Part shown: in pieces, positions 26,807 to 32,000 of the stretch
Layout: every line of letters begins with the position of its first letter
Position numbering within the stretch: the first letter of the stretch is position 1
From: Micrococcus luteus NCTC 2665
GTDB lineage: Bacteria > Actinomycetota > Actinomycetes > Actinomycetales > Micrococcaceae
NCBI RefSeq assembly: GCF_000023205.1
Contig: NC_012803.1
Location: 1,050,001 to 1,082,000 of the forward strand
DNA length: 32,000 nt
Direction of reading: 5' to 3'
The notes under the pieces: model-generated
Seen by the model: the letters and a program-made list of their open reading frames with translations, nothing else
Told to the model about the DNA's origin: nothing
Database searches by the model: none
Translations under genes and position numbers: made by a program

Positions 26807-28071
26807 CCGCGTCCGATCTGTACCCCACCTCCCTGCGTCTGCTCGGCCGGCCCGTCCTGATGGTGGGCGGCGGGCGCGTGGCCGGCCGCCGCGTGGGCGC
26901 CCTCCTCGACGCCGGCGCGCTCGTCACCGTGGTGGCCCCGGAGCCGGGGGAGGAGGTGGAGCGGCTCGCGGCGGCCGGCCTGCTCACCCTGCACCGCCGC
27001 CCCTACCGCCCGTCCGACCTCGACGGGGTCTGGTTCGCCCAGACCGCCACCGGCGACCGGGCCGTGGACGGGGCCGTGGCCTCCGACGCCGAGGCCCGCC
27101 GCGTCTGGTGCGTCGACGCCTCCAACGCCGAGTCCTCCGCCGCCTGGACGCCCGCCGTCGTCCGGGCCGGGGACGTGACCGTGGCCGTCAACGCCGGGGG
27201 AGACCCTCGCCGCGCCCGCGCCCTGAAGGACGCGATCACCCTGGCTCTGTCCACGGGGCACCTGCCCCTGCGGCGGCGGCGCGCGTCCGCCGAGCCCGGC
27301 CGCGTGGCACTCGTCGGCGGCGGCCCCGGCGACTCCGGGCTCATCACCGTGCGCGGCCGACAGCTGCTCGCGGAGGCCGACGTGGTGGTCGCCGACCGGC
27401 TGGGCCCGCGCGCCCTCCTGGCCGAGCTGGACCCGGCGGTGCCCGTGATCGAGGTCGGCAAGGCCCCCGGGAACCACCTGGCCACGCAGGACGAGATCAA
27501 CGCCGTCCTGGTCCGGGAGGCCCGGGCCGGCCGCCTCGTCGTCCGGCTCAAGGGCGGCGACCCGTACGTGCTCGGCCGCGGCGGCGAGGAGGCAGCGCAC
27601 TGCCGCGCCCACGGCGTCGACGTCGAGGTGGTCCCCGGTGTCACGAGCGCCGTCTCGGTGCCCGCCGCCGCGGGGATCCCGGTCACCCATCGAGGCGTCG
27701 CCACCGGCTTCACGCTGGTGACCGGCCACGAAGAGCTGTCCGAAGTGCCCACCCGGGCCGACCACACGCTGGTCCTGCTGATGGGCGTGCGCCGGCTCGC
27801 GGACACCGCGCGCCGACTGACGGAGCGCGGCCTCGACGGCGCGACGCCCGTGGCGATCATCGAGCGCGGCTGGATGCCGGACCAGCGGGTCACCGTGGGC
27901 ACGGTGGAGACCATCGCCGCGCAGGCGGCCGCCGTCGGTGTGGCGAACCCCGCCGTGATCGTCGTGGGCGACGTCGTGCGCCTGAGCCCCTACGCCACCG
28001 GCGCGCCTGCAGCCGGTGTCCCTGCCCCGATCTTGACCCTGAACCCGACCTCCGAAGGAGCACGAGCATGA
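26803..28071 (+). CDS. cysG: Sirohaem synthase-like bifunctional protein (precorrin-2 dehydrogenase domain + uroporphyrinogen-III C-methyltransferase domain)
   Basis: Frame of ORF-track 26020..28071. ATG 26803 overlaps the permease stop (ATGA). N-terminal Rossmann VGGGRVAGRRV. C-terminal methyltransferase LVGGGPGDSGLIT...GGDPYVLGRGGEE...PGVTS. Confidence 0.85.
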   Translation: MTASDLYPTSLRLLGRPVLMVGGGRVAGRRVGALLDAGALVTVVAPEPGEEVERLAAAGLLTLHRRPYRPSDLDGVWFAQTATGDRAVDGAVASDAEARRVWCVDASNAESSAAWTPAVVRAGDVTVAVNAGGDPRRARALKDAITLALSTGHLPLRRRRASAEPGRVALVGGGPGDSGLITVRGRQLLAEADVVVADRLGPRALLAELDPAVPVIEVGKAPGNHLATQDEINAVLVREARAGRLVVRLKGGDPYVLGRGGEEAAHCRAHGVDVEVVPGVTSAVSVPAAAGIPVTHRGVATGFTLVTGHEELSEVPTRADHTLVLLMGVRRLADTARRLTERGLDGATPVAIIERGWMPDQRVTVGTVETIAAQAAAVGVANPAVIVVGDVVRLSPYATGAPAAGVPAPILTLNPTSEGARA

Positions 28072-29498
28072 CCCTGACCCCCTCGAGGCCCGACCGCCCG
28101 TTGCGCATCGCCATCATCGGTGCCGGACCCGCCGGGGTGTACACGGCGGACATCCTGACCAAGGAGGAGCGGGACTTCCGGGTCAGCATCGACTTGTTCG
28201 ACCGGTACCCGGCCCCGTTCGGTCTGATCCGTTACGGGGTGGCCCCGGACCATCCGCGCATCAAGGGCATCGTGAACGCCCTGCACAAGGTCATGGACCG
28301 CGGGGACATCCGTTTCCTGGGGAACGTGGACTACGGCACGGATCTGAGCCTGGCGGATCTGCGTCGGCACTACGACGCGATCGTGTTCTCCACCGGGGCG
28401 GTGCGGGACGCGGCCCTGGACGTGCCGGGGGTGGAGTTGGCCGGCTCGTTCGGTGGCGCGGACTTCGCCGCCTGGTATGACGGGCATCCGGATGTGCCGC
28501 GGCACTGGCCGTTGGAGGCCACGCAGGTGGCGGTGATCGGCAACGGGAACGTGGCCCTGGATGTGGCCCGGATCCTGTCCAAGCATGCCGAGGACCTGTT
28601 GCCCACCGAGATCCCGGACAACGTGTACCGGGACCTGGCCGCTTCCCCGGTCACGGATGTGCACGTGTTCGGCCGTCGCGGGCCGGCGCAGGTGAAGTTC
28701 ACCCCGTTGGAGCTGCGGGAGCTCGCCCATTCCCGGGATGTGGACATCGTGCTGTACGAGGAGGACTTCGACTTCGATGAGGCCTCGGAGCAGGCGATCG
28801 AGGAGAACAACCAGGTCCGCACCATGGTGGGCACGTTGACGAACTGGCTGATGGAGCAGGAGGACCGTCAGCAGAGCGCCTCGCGTCGGCTGCACCTGCA
28901 TTTCCTCCAGGCCCCGGAGCAGTTCCTGGACGAGGACGGGGATGGCCGGGTGGATGGTCTGCGGATGCGTCGGATGGAGCTGGACGGTTCCGGCGGGGTC
29001 CGCCCGACGGGGGAGACGGTGGACTACCCGGTGCAGGCGGTCTACCGGGCGGTGGGGTACTTCGGGTCCCCGGTGGAGGGGGTGGAGTTCGATGAGGTGC
29101 GCGGGGTGATCCCGAACGCGGAGGGTCGTGTGCTGGACGCCGATGGCGCCCCGGTGCCGGGCCTGTACGCCTCGGGGTGGATCAAGCGGGGTCCGGTGGG
29201 GTTGATCGGGCACACCAAGGGTGACTCCTTGGAGACGATCAAGCATCTGATCGAGGACGAGCCGGGGCTGTGGAGGGCTCAGGAGCCGGCGGAGGAGTCC
29301 GTGATCGAGCTGCTCGAGTCCCGCGGCGTGCCGTACACCACGTGGGCTGGTTGGCATGCTCTGGATGAGCACGAGAAGTCCTTGGGTGCGCAGGCCACGG
29401 AGGCCGGGCCGGTGGCGCGGGAGCGGGTGAAGGTCGTGGACCGGGAGGAGATGACCCGCATCTCCCGGGAGAGCGTCCTCCTCGGCGCCGGAGGCTGA
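28068..29498 (+). CDS. fprA: Ferredoxin--NADP+ reductase, adrenodoxin-reductase type (FprA-like)
   Basis: Frame of ORF-track 27108..29498. ATG 28068 overlaps the cysG stop (ATGA). FAD motif IIGAGPAGVY, FGLIRYGVAPDHP, NADP motif VIGNGNVALDVARIL, GWIKRGPVGLIG. Confidence 0.88.
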   Translation: MTLTPSRPDRPLRIAIIGAGPAGVYTADILTKEERDFRVSIDLFDRYPAPFGLIRYGVAPDHPRIKGIVNALHKVMDRGDIRFLGNVDYGTDLSLADLRRHYDAIVFSTGAVRDAALDVPGVELAGSFGGADFAAWYDGHPDVPRHWPLEATQVAVIGNGNVALDVARILSKHAEDLLPTEIPDNVYRDLAASPVTDVHVFGRRGPAQVKFTPLELRELAHSRDVDIVLYEEDFDFDEASEQAIEENNQVRTMVGTLTNWLMEQEDRQQSASRRLHLHFLQAPEQFLDEDGDGRVDGLRMRRMELDGSGGVRPTGETVDYPVQAVYRAVGYFGSPVEGVEFDEVRGVIPNAEGRVLDADGAPVPGLYASGWIKRGPVGLIGHTKGDSLETIKHLIEDEPGLWRAQEPAEESVIELLESRGVPYTTWAGWHALDEHEKSLGAQATEAGPVARERVKVVDREEMTRISRESVLLGAGG

Positions 29499-29578
29499 GC
29501 CCTCCCGTCGGGTGGATTCGCGGCCGGGCGCGGCCCACCCCTCGCCCGCGCCGCGGCCCGCTCCCTACCGTGGTGACC

Positions 29579-30214
29579 ATGACCACCTTCGCCGCAGCCG
29601 AACGCGCCCGCCTCGCTGACCTCCTGCTCGAGAAGGGCCCCGACGCGCCCACCCTGTGCGGCGGCTGGAGCACCCGCGACCTCGCCGCCCACCTCTGGCT
29701 GCGGGAGCGCCGGCCCGACGCCTTCGCCGCCCTGTTCATCCCGCCGCTGTCCCGCCACCTCGACCGCCTGACCGCGGAGACCAAGCGCCGCGACTACGCC
29801 GAGGTCGTGCGGGAGTGGGCCGCGGGCCCGTCGGCGCTGAACCCCATGCGGGCGGCGGACAGGCACGTGAACGCGGCCGAGCACTTCATCCACCTCGAGG
29901 ACGTCCGGCGCGGCGAGTCCGCGGCCGGCGGCTCGCTGCCCGCCCCGCGCTCGTTCTCCCCGGACGAGGAGGACGCCCTCTACCGCTCGCTGCGCCGCAT
30001 GGCCCCGCTGTTCCTGCGTAAGTCCGCGGCGCCGGTGGTCCTCCAGGGCCCGGGTCGCGCCCCGGTCACCGTCACCCGTGGGGCCGTGGCGCTGCGGGCG
30101 CCCGTCACGGTGACCGGCGAGGTCGGGGAGCTCCTCCTCTGGGCCTCGGGCCGGGACGCCGTGCACGTGGAGCTCGACGGCGACGCGTCGGCGGCCGTGC
30201 GCACCGCCCTCTGA
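29579..30214 (+). CDS. DinB-fold, TIGR03085-like / mycothiol-dependent maleylpyruvate-isomerase-N-domain family protein
   Basis: ORF-track 29570..30214 (GTG 29570 or ATG 29579). ERARLADLLLEKGPDAPTLCGGWSTRDLAAHLWLRERRPDA is the family-typical N-terminus as I recall it. Confidence 0.7.
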   Translation: MTTFAAAERARLADLLLEKGPDAPTLCGGWSTRDLAAHLWLRERRPDAFAALFIPPLSRHLDRLTAETKRRDYAEVVREWAAGPSALNPMRAADRHVNAAEHFIHLEDVRRGESAAGGSLPAPRSFSPDEEDALYRSLRRMAPLFLRKSAAPVVLQGPGRAPVTVTRGAVALRAPVTVTGEVGELLLWASGRDAVHVELDGDASAAVRTAL

Positions 30215-30261
30215 CGCGCTCCGGCCCCGCGGCCACGGGCCGGCGCATCGTCCACTACACT

Positions 30262-30492
30262 GGCGGGCACAGGCGTCGACCCGGCCATCACCGGCGAGCC
30301 TCCGGAAGAACGGGCCGCACGGCCCCAGTAGAACCGGACGGGTAAGCCCGTCACAGCAGTCATCAAGCGGCCAGCACCCCGGGGACCTCCCGACGCCGGC
30401 AAGCAAGGTGGTACCGCGTCCGCGGCCGGCCGGAGGGTCGGGCCCTCGGGCGTCCTTGCACGGAACCGACGCCCCGGACGCAAAGGACCCCC
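30262..30492 (+). promoter_or_regulatory. T-box riboswitch leader (Ile-specific, translational type) of ileS
   Basis: T-box motif AAGCAAGGUGGUACCGCG (30401-30418). Antiterminator-like fold: helix A1 GCAAGG (30403-08) / CCUUGC (30454-59), 7-nt bulge UGGUACC (30409-15), helix A2 GCGUCCG (30416-22) / CGGGCGU (30447-53). The alternative sequestrator helix GUCCUUGC (30452-59) / GCAAAGGAC (30480-88) buries the Shine-Dalgarno AAGGA, 4 nt before GTG 30493. AUC-A candidate specifiers at 30287-90 and 30362-65. Possible -10 TACACT at 30256-61. Confidence 0.85.
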
Positions 30493-32000
30493 GTGTACCC
30501 CCTCGCCTCCTCCGCCCCTGACGGCCGCACCCCCGCCTCCCCGCGCTTCCCGGAGATCGAGCGCCGCATCCTGGCGTACTGGGACGAGGACGGCACCTTC
30601 CAGGCCTCGATCGACCAGCGTCCCGCCCTGAACGAGGACGGTTCGCAGAACGAGTTCGTCTTCTACGACGGCCCGCCCTTCGCCAACGGCCTGCCGCACT
30701 ACGGCCACCTGCTCACCGGGTACGTCAAGGACCTCGTGGCTCGCTACCAGACGCAGCAGGGCCGCCGCGTGGAGCGCCGCTTCGGCTGGGACACCCACGG
30801 CCTGCCCGCCGAGCTCGAGGCGATGAAGCAGCTGGGCATGACGGACAAGTCCGAGATCGAGGCCATGGGCATCGACAAGTTCAACGACGCCTGCCGCTCC
30901 TCGGTCCTGAAGTACACGGACCAGTGGCAGGACTACGTGACCCGCCAGGCCCGCTGGGTCGACTTCGAGAACGACTACAAGACCCTCACCCCGGACTTCA
31001 TGGAGTCCGTGATCTGGGCCTTCTCCGAGCTGCACCGCAAGGGCCTGACCTACCGCGGCTTCCGCGTCCTGCCCTACTGCTGGAACGACGAGACCCCGCT
31101 GTCCAACCACGAGCTGCGCATGGACGACGACGTCTACAAGATGCGCCAGGACCCCTCGGTCACCGTCACGTTCCCGATCACCGGCCTCCCGGCGGACCCC
31201 GCCCTCGTGCCCGACGGCGGCGCCGACGCGGCGCTCGCCGCGCACCTGGCCGGCGTCCACGTCCTGGCCTGGACCACCACGCCCTGGACGCTGCCGACCA
31301 ACGCGGCCCTCGCCGTCGGCCCCCAGATCCAGTACGCCGTGGTGCCGGCCGGCCCCGAGGGCGCGACCGCGGACGGGGACCGCTTCCTCCTGGCCGTGGA
31401 CCTCGTGGGCACCCACGCCAGGGAGCTCGGCTACGCCGACGCCGACGCCGCCCGCGCCGCGGTCACCGAGACGATCCCCGGCGCCCGCCTCGGCGGCCTG
31501 GCCTACGCGCCGCTGTTCACGGACGTGTTCGACGTCCACCGCGGGGAGACCTTCACCGTCAACGGCCGTGACCTCGGCGTCGAGGGCGCCCACCGCATCC
31601 TCGTGGACGACTACGTCTCCACCGAGGACGGCACCGGCGTGGTCCACCAGGCGCCGGCCTACGGTGAGGACGATCAGCGCGTGTGCGAGGCCAACGGCAT
31701 CCCCGTGCTGCTCTCCGTGGACTCCGGAGCCCGGTTCCTGCCGCTGTTCGCCCGCGAGGACGTCGGGCGCGGCGACCTGCGCGAGATCGCCGGCGTCCAG
31801 GTCTTCGAGGCCAACCGCACGATCATCCGCGCCCTGCGCTCGCTGGGCCGGCTCGCGCGGGAGGCCTCCTACGAGCACTCCTACCCGCACTGCTGGCGCT
31901 GCCGCACGCCCCTGATCTACCGCGCGGTGACGTCCTGGTACGTCAAGGTCACCCAGATCAAGGAGCGCATGCTCGAGCTGAACGAGGAGATCACCTGGAT
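30493..32000 (+). CDS. ileS: Isoleucine--tRNA ligase (N-terminal ~502 codons; continues past the right edge)
   Basis: Not in the ORF track because it has no stop in the window. From GTG 30493: [44 protein letters not shown]...[54 protein letters not shown] (HIGH-type motif HYGH), later [21 protein letters not shown]. Confidence 0.93.
   Translation, partial: MYPLASSAPDGRTPASPRFPEIERRILAYWDEDGTFQASIDQRPALNEDGSQNEFVFYDGPPFANGLPHYGHLLTGYVKDLVARYQTQQGRRVERRFGWDTHGLPAELEAMKQLGMTDKSEIEAMGIDKFNDACRSSVLKYTDQWQDYVTRQARWVDFENDYKTLTPDFMESVIWAFSELHRKGLTYRGFRVLPYCWNDETPLSNHELRMDDDVYKMRQDPSVTVTFPITGLPADPALVPDGGADAALAAHLAGVHVLAWTTTPWTLPTNAALAVGPQIQYAVVPAGPEGATADGDRFLLAVDLVGTHARELGYADADAARAAVTETIPGARLGGLAYAPLFTDVFDVHRGETFTVNGRDLGVEGAHRILVDDYVSTEDGTGVVHQAPAYGEDDQRVCEANGIPVLLSVDSGARFLPLFAREDVGRGDLREIAGVQVFEANRTIIRALRSLGRLAREASYEHSYPHCWRCRTPLIYRAVTSWYVKVTQIKERMLELNEEITW

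Noticed and set aside
30362-30365. Second AUC-A as the T-box specifier
   Set aside because: It lies only ~40 nt upstream of the T-box motif, leaving no room for the Stem II and pseudoknot elements expected in actinobacterial ileS T-boxes. I kept it as the less likely alternative rather than excluding it.
30363-30596. 77-aa minus-strand ORF over the ileS leader
   Set aside because: It is antisense to the T-box element and the ileS start, and its translation is featureless.

Overview
Very GC-rich actinobacterial chromosomal core region; the 60-nt lines I hand-counted outside the islet were 65% and 82% G+C. Gene order mirrors the mycobacterial/Micrococcales tig-clpP1-clpP2-clpX, pepN-rpiB-nei and valS neighbourhood. 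Left to right: tesB (partial, -); a hypothetical protein (+); an OsmC::truncated-haemoglobin-O fusion gene (-); a ~1.3-kb lower-GC islet holding a signal-peptide protein split by an in-frame TGA plus a GTGA-coupled lipoprotein (+); pepN (-); rpiB and a frameshifted nei (+); a DUF1345-like membrane protein (-); tRNA-Gly(UCC) (-); an SDR (+); tRNA-Pro(UGG), tig, clpP1, clpP2, clpX and an Rv2466c-like DsbA-fold protein (+); a DoxX-like protein, a 55-codon ORF and valS (-); a second SDR (+). Then comes a nine-gene, largely translationally coupled sulfate-assimilation/sirohaem operon (sirB-sirA-cysH-cysD-cysN-ABC ATPase-ABC permease-cysG-fprA), a TIGR03085-like DinB-fold protein, and a T-box leader in front of ileS (partial, runs off the right edge). 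I saw no CRISPR array, transposase, integrase, phage gene or recognisable defence gene. Nothing here is a convincing new multi-gene system. The best candidates for something undescribed are the low-GC secreted-protein/lipoprotein islet (2.1-3.4 kb) and the OsmC-trHbO fusion. All family assignments come from motif recognition by eye; no database search was possible.
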